Origin: Podarcis melisellensis
Taxonomy: Eukaryota
Assembly (NCBI GenBank): GCA_964234715.1
Contig: OZ174279.1
Reading direction: 5' to 3' (one strand)
DNA length: 64,000 bases
The notes under the pieces were generated by a model. It worked only from the letters and a program-made list of their open reading frames with translations, was not told the origin of the DNA and ran no database searches. Positions within the stretch are counted from its first letter, which is position 1, and each line of letters starts with the position of its first letter. Shown here one piece after another: positions 12,701 through 26,656 of the stretch. A program made the translations under genes and the position numbers.

Positions 12701-14624
12701 CTAAGATGCCTCAATTCCTGAAAACAGACATACATCAATAGATATGCTTCAATAAATGTTTCTAAAATTCTTCTTTAAGAAAAGAAAAGAAAAAAAGCTT
12801 AAAACTCCTAATATTTCCCGCTTTCAGCAGAATAACTCTATGAACCAGTGCTGAGATGCCATTTTAAGAGGTTAAATTACTTTCTAAATGTTGCTGTGAA
12901 GCAGAAGGGAAGGGAAAAGATCAAGTTACTCATTCTTCATTCCAGAGCCTACCACTACACTTGAAGGCTGGAGACATGCTGGCTAGAATACACAGTTGCC
13001 AGTCGTCTTTAGCCCTGCCCCCACTCAGGGGAAAGACCAAAAGAGATTTTCTTTAAAGGGGGCCTGGAAAGGGAAAACAATTTTTCTTTTCTCTAGGAAT
13101 TTTTAAGTGCAGCTGCCATATCATCTACTATGCTGATCATATAATCACAGTTGTCGTGTTTTTAGTTATTACTTCGCCAAATGTTACTTTTATACGTGTA
13201 AGAAAGTTTTGGTCCCTTTACTTTTTTTTCAGGGTGAACAAAAACTAACCTAACTAGTTGATAACTGTGTGCACGAGGTGGTACTTTATTCTTAATTCTG
13301 TGTTCCGTTATAGAAGGAATGGAGGAAATTGCTTGTTGACTTTCTCTCACAAGGCTGCATGCACTCTTACATAAAGAAATGAACCACTAGTAATAGTTAA
13401 ACATTGACGTGTATTTTCTCTTTATGCTCAAAAAGCTCTTCAGCTCAGTTGTAATCAAATGAAGCAGGAAAGGCTTGTACCTCTTCCTTCTCTCCCTCAA
13501 TATTTTTCATTGCAGTCCGGACAGTATGCTCCTGTCCTGGCCACGTCCTGTAAGAACATACCTCTTAATGGCGGAGAGGAGGCTGCAGGAGGGTGGAGTG
13601 GGAGGAGAGAGACAACAGCTTAATCAGCAAGGATCATACATTTTGGAGGGTCAGTTCAGAGAGGCAGGCATGGTGATCAGATGGTTACGTTTATTACAAT
13701 ATTGCTGGTTTCCCATAGCTGATCAGGGACATTGGTAGGAAAAGAGTTGGTCTTGAGCACAGCTTATGATGTAAAGCAAAATAAGAGCAATGGCAAATCA
13801 TGATTTTTGTTTCTCAAGAGGCTAAAGTTTCCCATTATGCCAATAACTGCCACACCTTTGACTTCTCCCTTTTCAGACACATTTATGAGATTGATGTGAC
13901 CATATGAGGATTAATATATATGGGGCAGATTATGAAAGCAAGGGTGGGGAAGGCACATCAATCTAAGTTTATAGGAGCTGGTGATTGAAAGATGTCTGCC
14001 ATTCACCTGGAATTTGAAAACACACAGATGGTGGTTCAATCAGTTTAGTTGGGAGGGGAGGAGGAATCCAGTTCAAACTGTGTGATGCACCACTTGCCTT
14101 TAATCTTGGGACAACATAAGCAAATGCACAATTTTATCCAACTCTCAACTTTTTGTGTTTATACTAGGTCGATCATTATTATAGCTAGTAATACCTGCCT
14201 TTAAAATAAATAAATAATGTTTTGCATGGCTATTTAGTACATTGAGTTCCACAAAGATGTGATGTTAGTTTGCAGACATGCAAAATATGGAATTTCTATT
14301 TTTAACTCGTGCAATTGTATGCATGCAACAGAACTGTGAAAAAAAGAATGATACCTCTGACCAGTTTATTGCTAGTTAAAGATGTAGTGACTGAAAAGTC
14401 CCAAGTGTGGATATACACAGGAAGCACTGTGTAAAAGTCTCAGCCAGATTGAAATATGTGTGTTTCTGAGATTTCTCTGACCATTTCTTTCTCAAGTTGC
14501 GAGTTGGAAAAAAGGCTCTCACAGTTTTTAGCAAAGTATTGTCACAGGCTGCTGTAACTGCTTGTGGTCCTGCAAAAATTCTATAGTCTTTTAGAGTCGT
14601 TGGCTACAGTATTTTTGTGAAGTA

Positions 14625-14869
14625 CAGTGGTACCTCGGGTTAAGAACTTAATTTGTTCTGGAGGTCCATTCTTAACCTGAAACTGTTCTTAACCTGAAGC
14701 ACCACTTTAGCTAATGGGACCTCCTGCTGCCGCCGCGCCACTACCATTGTGCGATTTCTGTTCTCAACCTGAAGCAAAGTTCTTAACCCGAGGTACTATT
14801 TCTGGGTTAGCGGAGTCTGTAACCTGAAGCGTCTGTAACCTGAAGCGTCTTTAACCTGAGGTACCACTG
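14625..14869. mobile_element. Tc1/mariner-pogo-type MITE (245 bp)
   Basis: TIRs CAGTGGTACCTC(G/A)GGTTAA, TA TSD. Confidence 0.9.
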
Positions 14870-15660
14870 TAGCCCTATGATGGGATGTACACACACTATT
14901 GTAAAGTATTTAGTTTCTGTGTTTGGAAAAATTACAGAAGTAATGAAATTGGCATGTATAGTTAGTAAACAGCTTCTGAAACATCCCTCAGAATATGTAA
15001 TCCATAGATATAACCACAGGAAAAATGGTGGGGATCAAGATGTCTTGCCATAATTTGGGGAAAGAGAATAATTGTGGCCAGTTCAGTTCAGTTGCAGTAT
15101 CTAGCCTCTAGTTTTTATCCCACAACTGATTCACATTTGAAAAACTTTCTTCCCCTATTTCCCCCCCTGGCAGTACTACAATAGCACCTGCTTCTTATAT
15201 GAAGCCAACACAAGTAGTTGCTTCTCTTCCTAAGATCAGCCTTAAGGCATTGAAATTCCTAGGCAAGCATTTTTCTCCTTTGTTTACCCTTAATACAGGA
15301 GAGGTAGAATTGAGGTTTGATTCTTTCTGCATGCCTAAATCATGCAATCATGGAAATAGGTCTTAAGCAGATTTTTAAAACATGGGGAGGAATTCTTAAT
15401 ATTTTGGATTGGTAATCTTTTTTGTATTTTGGAGGAAAGAATAGATGAACTGAACTTGCTTATTAACAAATTAAGCGGCATGGTACTGTTGGAGCGCTCC
15501 TCCATCTTGATTGCTATTACTTCTCAAGTGGAAGAAGCTTCACTTTACTGTGTGTTATATGCGCTCTGAACTAACACAGGCTGCTTTACATCAGTTCTGT
15601 TGTGAAGTTCATTGAACTTCCTCACAGCTCATTGAAGTTTATGCCGCTCTTCCATGAAAG

Positions 15661-15759
15661 GCTTGTTGCTGTTTAGTCGTGTCCGACTCTTCGTGACCCA
15701 ATGAACCAGAGCACCCCAGGCACTCCTGTCTTCCACTGCCTCCCGCAGTTTGGTCAAAA
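15661..15759 (-). mobile_element. RTE/BovB-type LINE 3' fragment
   Basis: tttagtcgtgtccgactcttcgtgaccc is the characteristic BovB 3' end; 9-bp TSD CCATGAAAG (15652-15660 and 15760-15768). Confidence 0.75.
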
Positions 15760-18656
15760 CCATGAAAGCCTATGGGTCTGCATTTCTGAAGCAGCCCTGC
15801 CCACAAGCCTGCATTTTCTTCTTGCAGAAGGTGATCAAGTCAGTGATTTTAGCTATAAGGTGTGGCAATAGGAGAGGGAGTTTGATCAAGGATTGAATCA
15901 GTTCTTAAGTCTCATTGATTGTATTGGGGTGGGGTGGGGCTTTGACTGGCCCCACAGTTTTCCACAAAACGTCTCAGGATTCCATCTGTTCTAAACCTTG
16001 GGCTTGTTTGTGGATGTTATTTTTGCACACATTGTGGCTGTGGGAAATTTAATAAGGTCTCAAATAGGACATGTAGGTTTGTCAGAAAAATGATATAGCA
16101 GATATTCTGTTGGTGTCAGTACAGCAAGAACCATGCTCCTATTTTCAGTGGTTTTATATGCGTTCCAACAGACATTAACAAGATTAATGAGATTTCAGCA
16201 AATGCGTAGGAAAAACACTTTATGTTTTGGCTTTACAATTATATTATATAGTGTGTGGGGAAAAACAAGAATTTTCCAAATATAAAAAGAGTGTTTGATA
16301 AAGAGGTTTAATGTCAGCCTGTCTATTCAGCAAAGACTGCAGTCTTTAAGAACTGGTGTTATCTGATATTTGAGTTAGTTTCGGGTTGCTCCATTTTACA
16401 CAAATTTATTATTGATTCCCAAGGCCTGTTAAACCAGTGATAGGAATACTTACAAATGTGCATGGAGGCAGAAGCATTATGACCTTCTTGTAATGACAAA
16501 GGTTATTATGAAGCTTTGAGGTAGCAATCCTGAAACTTATTTTTTTGAGGGCTGAGTGCTTGATTGTCTGCTCACGCCAAAGGCAGAACTGCACGTGTTA
16601 ACCTTTGGAATTAGCTTGAGTCAGGCTCATTAGCTTGCTGTGTTCAGCTTAACCAGAACATTATGGACAATGTGGAAGTCTTTCTTTAGCACAGGACTGG
16701 GGAACCAGTGTCCCATCAATTGCTTTTGGACTACAGTTCTCGTAATAGAACCATAGCAACCTGACCATTGACTACATTGGTGGGGGCTGAGAAAAGATGG
16801 TGACCAACAGCCTCTGAAGGACCACAGGTACCCAGGCCTTCAAGTTTTGAACTCTGCATGCTGACACAATGTAGTTGGACAAAAATCGACTTTAAAATCC
16901 TAAAGCACTAATGGGGCACCTGTGGTTCTCCATATGTCCCACTCCTGATTTAGGATTTAGAACCCTTATTTTTGCCCAGCTACATATCAATCATGTGCAA
17001 CAGCATCATTTTTATGTTTGTAGTGTTTTTTAATAGTATTGAAGTAGCATAATTTATTGCATAGTCATGCAGCCTTTCTGGCAGCTGGTAGGAATATGCT
17101 GCAGGCCATGTTGCATTCCCATTGGAGGTGGAGAGCAACCATCAATTGGTGTCAAAATACGCTGGTAACTTTTCAGCTCTTTCACTTGATGGCATAACAG
17201 AAGGTGGGGAGAACATCTTTAGTGTTTTTGAAGTAGGCACATAACAAGCTACAGAGCCTTTGTGTAGACATTTTTCTCAGCTGCTTCTCCCTTCATCAGT
17301 GTTATGTTCCTGTGTGTGTGTGTGTGTGCGCGCTTACACACATATATTTCTGCAGGAGGCACAAGGAAGCTGTTTTTATACTGACCTGTAGATCTTAATG
17401 AATGGTTAGTCCTCAAATTTATTCCTGGTGCTGAACATGTTTGTGATTTTGCCATGGTCTCAACCTTGTGAATACTAGCCATTCCAAATGGAAATCAGTC
17501 ATAAAATTTACATACAGTTTCATAAAAATATTGAAGCATGTACATGGACACTCTTAAAAATCTGAACAACACAAGAGTTCTGAACCACACAATAAGGGCT
17601 GAGAAAACAGAGCAGTGCCCTTCCATTTTACCCTTCTGTATTTCCGACAAACCTATCCATCTTGCTGGGGTGGGGAGGAAGTTTACAGTAGGTAGAGTCT
17701 GTGCAGAGAATTGTGTTCCTCTAAAGATTCAGCCCAGCATAATTATCCTACTTTTCAGGATTGGCTTGCTGTAGTTATACAAACCTACTTCTCAACCTCT
17801 TCCACTTCTCCCACACCCTATCAGCCATATAGCTGCTATACAGAGTCCAGGAGCCAGCATACTACCCCACCTTCCAAAATACGTATTCACAATGCCAGAT
17901 TTCTCCTCTTAACTTAAAGCCAGCTTTGACCATTTTAATCACTTGCCTTTCCCCATAGAACTGCTTTTTTATTTTTTTAAAAAAGAGATGGGGAATGCAA
18001 TTTTGGGGAGTGAATTGTCAAAATAGATCTTATTTATGGCAACAATTTATTTAAAACTGAGGGCCAAGCTAGGAACTATTACAGGTTCTTTAAGGCACTA
18101 GATCACATAGGAAACTGAGAGAATATTTAAATTCCTGAGTGATAGCGTTTTTAGAAGCCTCAGCAACCAGATGGTTAAGATTCTTCCAGTCCTTCCCTAA
18201 GTTAACATAGTTACTACACCAAGTTTTATATCCCCACTTCAATTGTTTTTGTTTTTGACTATGCCAAGACTATAGAAGTCTGTTGGTTGTCATCCTGAAT
18301 TATATACAGTTAATTGAATATGAAAATTGAGCCTGTATGTATGTAACACTTTGAAGAATTGTGTTGTTGTGCATCATTACAGATGATGGCGAGCATCCAA
18401 ATAACTACTTTAGGCATATCCAACAACTCAGGCATGCCTAGTGGGATTCATGGTGTTATCACAGACTGCTTTTGAAAGCCCCTTCAAAGTACTTTGCTAC
18501 ACAGTACAGAGAGGCTGTGTAGTGTTAGTGTTATTTGCAGACTAACATTTATGTGCACAAATACTCTATAGCTGGTAGGATGAAACACATACACATCTTT
18601 CTAGTTCTTAAAAAGCCTGTTTGAAATTAAATTCCAACTCTCTTCCTGTCTTACAG

Positions 18657-18777
18657 CTTTAAAGAAATATGCATTGTTACAATTTTATTTTGGAATTGAT
18701 GAAGTGGAAATACAGATGAAACAAGTTTGCAGGATATCAACTCTACAGCACCATTTCATCCCACTCATCAGCAAAAG
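18657..18777 (+). other. BMPR1A: Probable BMPR1A 5' UTR non-coding exon (exon 2 equivalent), 121 nt
   Basis: Pyrimidine tract and ttacag acceptor, AAG|gtaaca donor. Size and sequence resemble my recollection of human BMPR1A exon 2. Confidence 0.7.
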
Positions 18778-19286
18778 GTAACAAACATCCATTCAAAAAT
18801 GGGCTCAATTCAAATATAACATTCTTATGGGCTGTTGGATTAGAAATGTTAACTTTTATTTAAAGCACCAATATCCTGCCTATCTTAAAAGTTCAAGGTG
18901 GCTAGCAAAATTCTGGGGGAGGGGGGTCTATAATATATCTCCTGGTCAGATTCAAAGCTGCAAATAAACAAAACAAAACAAAACAAAAAACACGAACCAG
19001 CCTTCCTTGCTGTGCTGGTTTTTTAGTCCTCACTGTAGCAGGAGGGCATGAGTTTCATTACAGGCACTTGAAACATAATTGACAATCAGCGTCCATTGTA
19101 TTTCATATTTGAAAATATCATATAAAATGCCTGTTGGCTCTCCTTGTTGGAGAGGCTGATTAAATCCCTTTTCAGACACTTTGTTAACTTCTAGGCAAAC
19201 TATCAACCAATCCTACTGGTCAGAGTGGCTGAGAAGATCAAAAGGGATGGTGCCTTAACCCTTGGCAGAAAAATAATAGTTTAGCA

Positions 19287-19422
19287 CAGGCTTCCTCAGC
19301 CTCGGCCCTCCAGATGTTTCTGGCCTACAACTCCCATGATCCCTAGCTAGCAGGACCAGTAGTCAGGGATGATGAGAATTGTAGTCTCAAAACATCTGGA
19401 GGGCCGAGGTGAAGGAAGCCTG
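19287..19422. mobile_element. Palindromic hAT MITE (MER5/Charlie-like)
   Basis: Almost fully self-complementary, perfect 8-bp TSD GTTTAGCA. Older relatives near 16692, 31600, 37480, 51380, 53617 and 63150. Confidence 0.9.
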
Positions 19423-19617
19423 GTTTAGCATATGATATTTAAAAATAGTCTACCTCAGTTCAGATGTTTTTGATTGCTGTTCCGTTTATGGGGTAAAATT
19501 GGTCCAATATCTGATCTATCATTACATGCAGAAGTTTGTTCATGGTTGGACACATAATAATGAGTCTCAGCAGAAACTGGCCCAGATAGATGGACATTAG
19601 TATGTCATTGTTTAAAG

Positions 19618-20071
19618 CAGTGGTTCTCAAACTTTTTTCTCTGGACCACACCACATTATTTTATTGATAAGAAGTACATTGCAAAACAAGAAGAATCAAT
19701 TACTAGCAGTGCTTGATTTATCATATAGAAAACAGCTACTTCATAACATGATCATGGGACATCCAGAAAGTGTGAAACAATGCAGCTACATAAGAACATG
19801 ACTCATTTCCAAAATATAATTCTAAATGAGCCTCTTACATATGTATGTTAAGTGTGTATACAAACTCAATGAGAGGTGTGAGCTTGCAGTATCACTTGAT
19901 GCTCCTAGTCTCATTTTGAAAAGCTAGTTATTCATATTTTGAAAATAGAAAAATATTTTTACATTATACTACACTAAAATGTTTCTTTGATTGTCCTTGA
20001 ATCTTTGCAGCACATTTTCCAGCCTCTCCTGCCACACTTGTGTGGTGCACCACACCCTCTGAGAACCACTG
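19618..20071. mobile_element. hAT-type non-autonomous element
   Basis: TIRs CAGTGGTTCTCA / TGAGAACCACTG, imperfect 8-bp TSD (GTTTAAAG / TTTTAAAT). Confidence 0.7.
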
Positions 20072-21372
20072 TTTTAAATGAATGGTGATGAAATCTTACT
20101 GGCAAAGTTATACTTCGGAGTATTTTTTAAGAGAAAGGTCCTGTTTACTCTCTAGTTTGAAAGATAGGCTTGGATACATTTATCCCCTTCAGAATGCTCT
20201 CATTGGATAAGGCACAAGAGGGGGTTTGCTGAAGATACTGATGAAATAATAGTAACCAAAGTCCAAGGGAACAAAAAGCAGGAAAAATTCAGGGCAACCT
20301 AAAGGAAAGATATGAAAAAAATCATCTATGATATTGAAATTTGGGACATAATGGTGAGTGTCAAGTAGAATAAACCCATTCTAGTAAAACATTTAGCTTG
20401 GTATTATTGTAATTTTTACCTGCTATTAAAATGAGATAATTCAATAATTAAAATTATGATTTTGTTTCTGTTCAGATAGCTTTCATTGTACTTACTTTTG
20501 TGAGAAGTTATTGATCCAGTATCTAGTTTTATTTCACATTCAGTTTTAAATTGTGTTTTTATGTTGCAAATGCTGAAATTGTGGAGAAACATAACAAAAG
20601 ATTCATAAAAATTCATCATAGGGGAATTTAGATAAATATTGTGTACATGGCAAAATATATAATGATCCCAAGCAACATTTCCTTAAAATATGTGTCCCTT
20701 TAAAATTTTCACTCATCTTCCACAGAAATGAAGCACTTGCTTTCCTTCCCAAGCACATTATAATTTTATGCTAAGAAACTTTGGGATTCCTCATAAAAAG
20801 CCCCCCCCCCCGATATCAACACTGCTTAGCATTGATTTTCATGAATTGGGGGGGGGTACCATGAAACAACCTTATTTTAACACTTTAAAAAACTAAGGGA
20901 AAATACCAGTCTGTTGCTATTGAATTGTGAACATTATCTTTGTACTCTGTTTTGTTCATCTACTGAAATTTTAAGATTGGTTTTAGAGTCTGTTTTGAAA
21001 CTGTTTTTAGAACTACCTTGTTTTGAGCTTCAGGGAATACATTTTTGTGAAAGAATGTGTCCATAGTTGTTTAGTCATAACACATTTATGATACCTAAAA
21101 ATACATAGTTGCCTGTTTATCTTGCTCTAACTTGAAATCAACCACTTACTTGATAAGAGAGACAAAACGAGTCCTTACAAACTTGAGTTAAATGTTGCTC
21201 CACAACTTCCTCTACTATCAGCCAACTGTTCTGCTCAGCTTAATAGTTTTCTCATACCCTTTGTGGGCAACACTGAAAACTCTGGTATTTCAGTTATTGA
21301 AACTCCTTTGGCCATAGTTCCTAAGGACAGTTGCTCACGATGCACTCATTGCATTCCAATCAGTGCAAAATA

Positions 21373-21614
21373 CAGTCATACCTCGTGTTGTGTTCCGCTC
21401 TTCTTATGGACTTTCAGCTTATGAACGTGGCAAACCCAGAAGTATTTACTTCTGGGTTCGCCGCCCGTGTATGCACAGAAGCAACCTGCGCACTATTTGC
21501 AGAAGCGATTGATCGCACCTCACACATGCGCGGAAGAGGCTCTCTAGTTGTGGACTTTTTGGGGTGCAAACGGCACCCCAAAACGTATTAAGTCCGCAAC
21601 TAGAGGTACCACTG
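21373..21614. mobile_element. Tc1/mariner-pogo-type MITE
   Basis: CAGTCATACCTC...GAGGTACCACTG, TA TSD. Confidence 0.85.
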
Positions 21615-22443
21615 TAGGTTTCAGTCGCCAAGTTTGAACATCATGCTTAAACCATAGTTTCAGTATTATATAAATGAATCTGGACATGAGCCTTGGGTTT
21701 GCCCTCTCTTTCGTAGTTCAGGCATGAAAATGAGATTGGAAGAATCTGCTTTCAGGTTAAAATAACCATGGTTGTCACTACAGTTACTCTAGAGTTTAGT
21801 TTATTGGAACTAATCAATCCATGGTTTCTGATCCTGGCTTTTCCTGTGTGTTGTTTCCTTCAGACTTCTCATAATGAAACACTCCAGCAGTAAAACAGCG
21901 CACAAGCGTGATGTTGGGAATTGTTGGATTGACTTTAGATCTTTTCAGTTTAAATGGCGATCCTAAGATAACTGTGCATCTGAAAGGGCCAGTTCAGAGT
22001 TCCCCTCCATCTACTTCTGTTAGAGTGGAGAGAGAGAACAATTTGCGTTTAGTGGGAATGGTTTGAACACACGTTTTGGAATGTGTCTTAAAGTATTTTT
22101 CACCTCACATTAAAAGGTTGCATCTGCTTTGACCATTAGTTTCATTCCAGTAGTCCTTAACTCACTAAATAAGTAGTTTCTGTCAATCCTTTTGTCCTCA
22201 TTGCATGGGTGTAGCTTGGTTTCTCGTTAGGGGGGCAGGCAAAGCATTTTTAAGGGGATCAGCCAAAGTTGTTGAGCTTTTTGAGAGGAAATCACTGGTA
22301 GAAATATCCCCCAAAAGACATCTGCTGGCGCCACCCCCCAGCTATGCCCATGCCTCACTATACTCCATTCTTCAGCAGAGAAAGATCCATGAATGCCACT
22401 GTTGCTAACTCACACTCTTGTGTGATTCTGTTCTTCCACAGCA

Positions 22444-22691
22444 CAGTGGTACCTCATGTTACGTACCGTCCCCCTTAAGAATGCTTCAGGTTTTGCGCTC
22501 CGCTAACTCGGAAGTAGATGCCCTTTGTTGCAAACTTTGCCCTGGGATGTGAGCGGAAGTCGCGCTCCAGCGGCGTGGTGGTAGCAGCAGCAGGAAACGC
22601 CATTAGCAAAAGCACGCCTCATGTTATGAACGGTTTCCGGTTACGAACGAATCTCTGGAACAGATTAAGTTCGTAACTGGAGGTACCATTG
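22444..22691. mobile_element. Tc1/mariner-pogo-type MITE (inverted relative to 14625 copy)
   Basis: CAGTGGTACCTC...GAGGTACCATTG, internal homology on the opposite strand. Confidence 0.85.
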
Positions 22692-22847
22692 TAGTTTGCT
22701 CACTCTGGCTGTGGGTACTCTTTCCTGACCAGACAAATGGAAATACTACCCTCTTTTCACCAATCGGGGGGGGAAATCTGCTCCTTTGGAAACAGAATAT
22801 GCGGTGCAAATAACACCTCCAAACATAAGGACATTTAATAAATGTGC

Positions 22848-23790
22848 AACATAAAAATATAAGAAGAGCCTGTTGCATCAAGCCAGTGACTCATTTGGTC
22901 CAGCATCCTCTTCTCACACTGGCCAAACAGTTGCCTATTGGAAGCCGCCTCTCCTGTGGTTTCCAGCAACTGATATTGAGAAACCCCAAAGTGGAGGTAG
23001 AACATAGCTACCATGGTTAGTAGCCATTGATAGCCATATCTTCATGAATTTGTCTAATCCTATTTTAAAGCCATTGAAGTTGGTGGCCATCCTTGCCTCC
23101 CATGGGAGCAGATTTCATCGTTTAACTGTGCACTGTGTCCAGAAGTACTTCCTTTTGTCTGTCCTGAATCTTTCAACATTCAGCTTCATTGAATGTTCCC
23201 TAGTTGAAAGACAGAGACAAACCTGTCTCTATCCACATTCTCTACACAATGCATAATTTTGTACAACTCTATCATGTCTCCTCTTATTGATATTTTATGA
23301 AAATCCCAAACTGTTAAAACCTTTCCTCATGGGGAGCTATTCTATCCCATCAATCATTTTTGTTGCTCTTTTTGGAGCCTTATCCAGCTCTACACTGTCC
23401 TTTTTGAAGTGAGATGACCGGAACAGTACTTAGCATTCAAAGTGTAGCCGCATCATAGATTTGTATAATTGCATTATATCATTAGTTTCATTTTAAATTC
23501 CTTTCTGAAAGCATGGAATCTGCCTTTTCTGCAGCTACCACACACACTGGGTTGGCATCTTCATCAAGCTATTCTCTCCGAACTCCAAGGTTTTGCTCGT
23601 GTCAGTTACCACCGGTTCAGACATCAACTATGCGAAATTAAGTCATCTCCCCCTGCATCATTTTTATACTTGTTTACATTGAATTGCTTTTTGACATTTT
23701 ACAGCCCATTCACACAACTTTTAGAAATCCTTTTGGAGCTCTTCACAATTGTGATGTGTTTTGACCATCCTGTACAATTTAGAATCATCA
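22848..23790 (-). mobile_element. CR1 LINE 3' fragment, degraded
   Basis: ataagaagagcctg 3' end and CR1-like antisense ORF2 remnants. Boundaries approximate. Confidence 0.7.
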
Positions 23791-25759
23791 GTTCCTCAGT
23801 TCTCACTCTATAAAATGAGTGCATTAATTACCTTGTGCATAAATGAGAAAGAGTTGCTGTGAATTAGATCATAATTATAAACAAAAGTGTGTTACAGCCT
23901 GGTGTTGATAAATGCTAGGGCTCTGTGTAATACTACTCTTAGCTTAGCAGTTGGTAATGCAAGAATAATAAAGTGAGCTGCGTGTATTGCTTCTCCCACT
24001 TCCTTGGACTCCCCCCCCCCTCTAATGGCAGAGAGGAAGGGAGGAAGTTCCACAGTCTGATTCTTATTACTTAACTATTGTGAAGCAACCAGGAGCATTG
24101 AATCTGAAATGTTGGTGTTGCCCCTCTACATTCTCAGTGTTAGATTCACAAATGTTATGAATGATACTAACGAGTTGGGCAAATCTTCTGACCCAAAGTT
24201 CATCTGCGTAAGTCCTGAGATGACATGATTTAACAAATTGTATGGTCTAACTTATCATTCTACACTTTCACTCTTCAAACAGTTTCCCATAACTATAGCT
24301 GCCCCCCCAGCAGATATGTCACGTCTACCCCATTCAAAATCTTAGAAGCCAGTTCCACAGATTAAAATCTGCAGAGCACATGGGGTCATGCCCTATGTTT
24401 TTAATATCTTGCACCCTTCAAAATGTGTTGACAATCAATTGATTTCTCTCCTCTTCATCCCAAACCCCCTCCAAAACGCAGCCCTAATTCAAAATATTTG
24501 TTTCCCTTAAATATTCTGATAGTTCTTTGTTTAATTGTCTGGAATGTCGCTGGCATACCAAGAAGGCTGAAAGTTGTAACACCAAGTTTTCTTGCACTGT
24601 GGGTATGCAAGAATTTGTGTGCCTCATTCTTCTGAATTACTTAATATTTTATATAGCGTCACTGAACTGCAAAACAACGGCTTTTAACATTTTATCCTTA
24701 AATAAAGTCCTTCACTGTTTTGTCTGTAGGGGATGGCAGGAGGGGGAGATTGCTTACTGAAGGAGAAGACAGTATTCTTATGCTAATCCAGTCTGTGGAT
24801 AAGGAGCAATGCAGCCATGCAAACAATGGAAGTGGAGCCAGAAAGTCTGCTGTGTAGTCTAGCACGCCTTGAAAAGCATATGAGACAGGGCGCCTAGGGC
24901 TGCTTAAGGGGAGGGGCCCAAGAAAAGGGGAGCGCTTTACTCCAAGTTATTTTATGGAACTGGCAGATGACCAAAGAAAGGAACCTTACTACGTAGACAG
25001 AGAGAATTAAGATGAGGGGGATGAGAGAAAGGAGTTTTTGAAATCTGCTTTCCAGTTCTCATAGACTAAAACCCTAGCTTTGGCTTTATTTAATGTATGG
25101 CTGCAATTGAAACCTCAAATTCAGCTTGAAAAGATTTTGACATAAAACTATAAATATTATAAAAACTTATTTTAAGAGAAGATGCCGACTTTGAACAGGG
25201 TTTTGTTAGATTTACATGGTTAAAATATCTGATCACACAAATCACTGACCAGCAAAATGCCCATTTCTGTTAATTGCCTTTATATTTAACTTCTGGCAGT
25301 GCTTTATTTAATTTATTCATACTCAACCTTTCAAAACCTTCATCTGCACACGCTATACAGTTAGAAATGAGGCATACCATCCAGCTGGAGTTCTACTTAA
25401 GTGGCTTACCTATTCCTGAAGGAATGAATGTTGTAATCTAAAGTTATCAGCTTGCATGTCTTGCTGAAGAAGGATAGCAAGCATTTCTTCTTGGCTTATT
25501 ATCTTTTCAGTATGCTAAGACTAGGTAGTAAAAGCGAGATGATGAATTCCTAAAAGAAATACCAATTGTACAGCAAATTAATATCCTTTTTTGAACGCTA
25601 TGATTTCTCTACACAAGGGGCAATAAAGTGGGCACCTGGAGAACTCATTCTGCAACATAATACTAACATTTATTAATGGCAGTTGGCAATTCACCATAAA
25701 TATAAACCTGTAGCAGATGTTTTTGTGGTTTTATTTAAGTGTTCAGGTTTTAGTATGTA

Positions 25760-25968
25760 CAGTGGTACCTTGGGTTAAGAACTTCTGGTGGTCCGTTCTT
25801 AACCTGAAACTGTTCTTAACATGAGGTATCCCTTTAACTAATGGGACCTGCCGCACCGCAGCCGCACGATTTCTGTTCTCCTCCTGAATCAAAATTCTTA
25901 ACCCGAGGTACTATTTCTGGGTTAGTGGAGTCTGTAACCTGAAGCGTCTATAACCCAAGGTACCACTG
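25760..25968. mobile_element. Tc1/mariner-pogo-type MITE
   Basis: TIR CAGTGGTACCTTGGGTTA, TA TSD, closely similar to the 14625 copy. Confidence 0.9.
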
Positions 25969-26087
25969 TATTGCATTTTATGAAGTGAGGGGCTTTTGCA
26001 GACAAGTCAAGAAGTTCAGAAGTTATCTGTCAGTAGGCAACAACACTGAGCAAATGGAAGTTCTCTCTGCCACCTTTTCCCTGACTA

Positions 26088-26252
26088 CAGTCATACCTCA
26101 TGTTACAGACGCTTCTGGTTGCGCATTTTCAGGTTGCGCACCGTGCCAAACTCGGAAGTACCGGAATGGGTCACTTCGGGGTTTCGGCGCATGTGCAAGA
26201 AGCACTGGATCGTGAACCGCATGGATCACGTTCGCAACCCAAGCGTCCACTG
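26088..26252. mobile_element. Tc1/mariner-pogo-type MITE, short variant
   Basis: CAGTCATACCTC...CCACTG, TA TSD. Confidence 0.8.
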
Positions 26253-26656
26253 TACTTCACTGAGAAAGGCTCCTTCACAGGGCAAAGAAATTGCCTCTCT
26301 CCAGCTCTGCATGGCTGCCAGGCAGCCATGTTTAGTGAACAGCACTATCTTCGTTGTTCTTGCCTCCTACCCATCCTCCTCACTAAGGAAAAAAATCCTC
26401 TGCAAGACAAAGAGAGTGCCAGCTGTGTTAGCTCCATGTGGCTGGTGGGCAACAACAGCTGAGTGATGACAGGTTGCCTTGGGGATGCCAAGGAACGCCT
26501 TTGTCAGTGCTGGTATGGCAACCCCCAATCTAAGCAACTTATTGGATGACAGTAAACCCACCAACAAACCCACCAACAAATCACAGAACACTTCTGTAGA
26601 CACAGAAGTGACATACGAATAGATCACAGAATCCCTCGCTCCTGACGATTGTAGCA

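Noticed and set aside
12700-15600. TE-poor intronic stretches as conserved BMPR1A enhancers
   Set aside because: Plausible, but cannot be supported without cross-species alignment.
19287-19422. Pre-miRNA-like long hairpin
   Set aside because: Fully explained as a palindromic hAT MITE with an 8-bp TSD and multiple relatives in the window.
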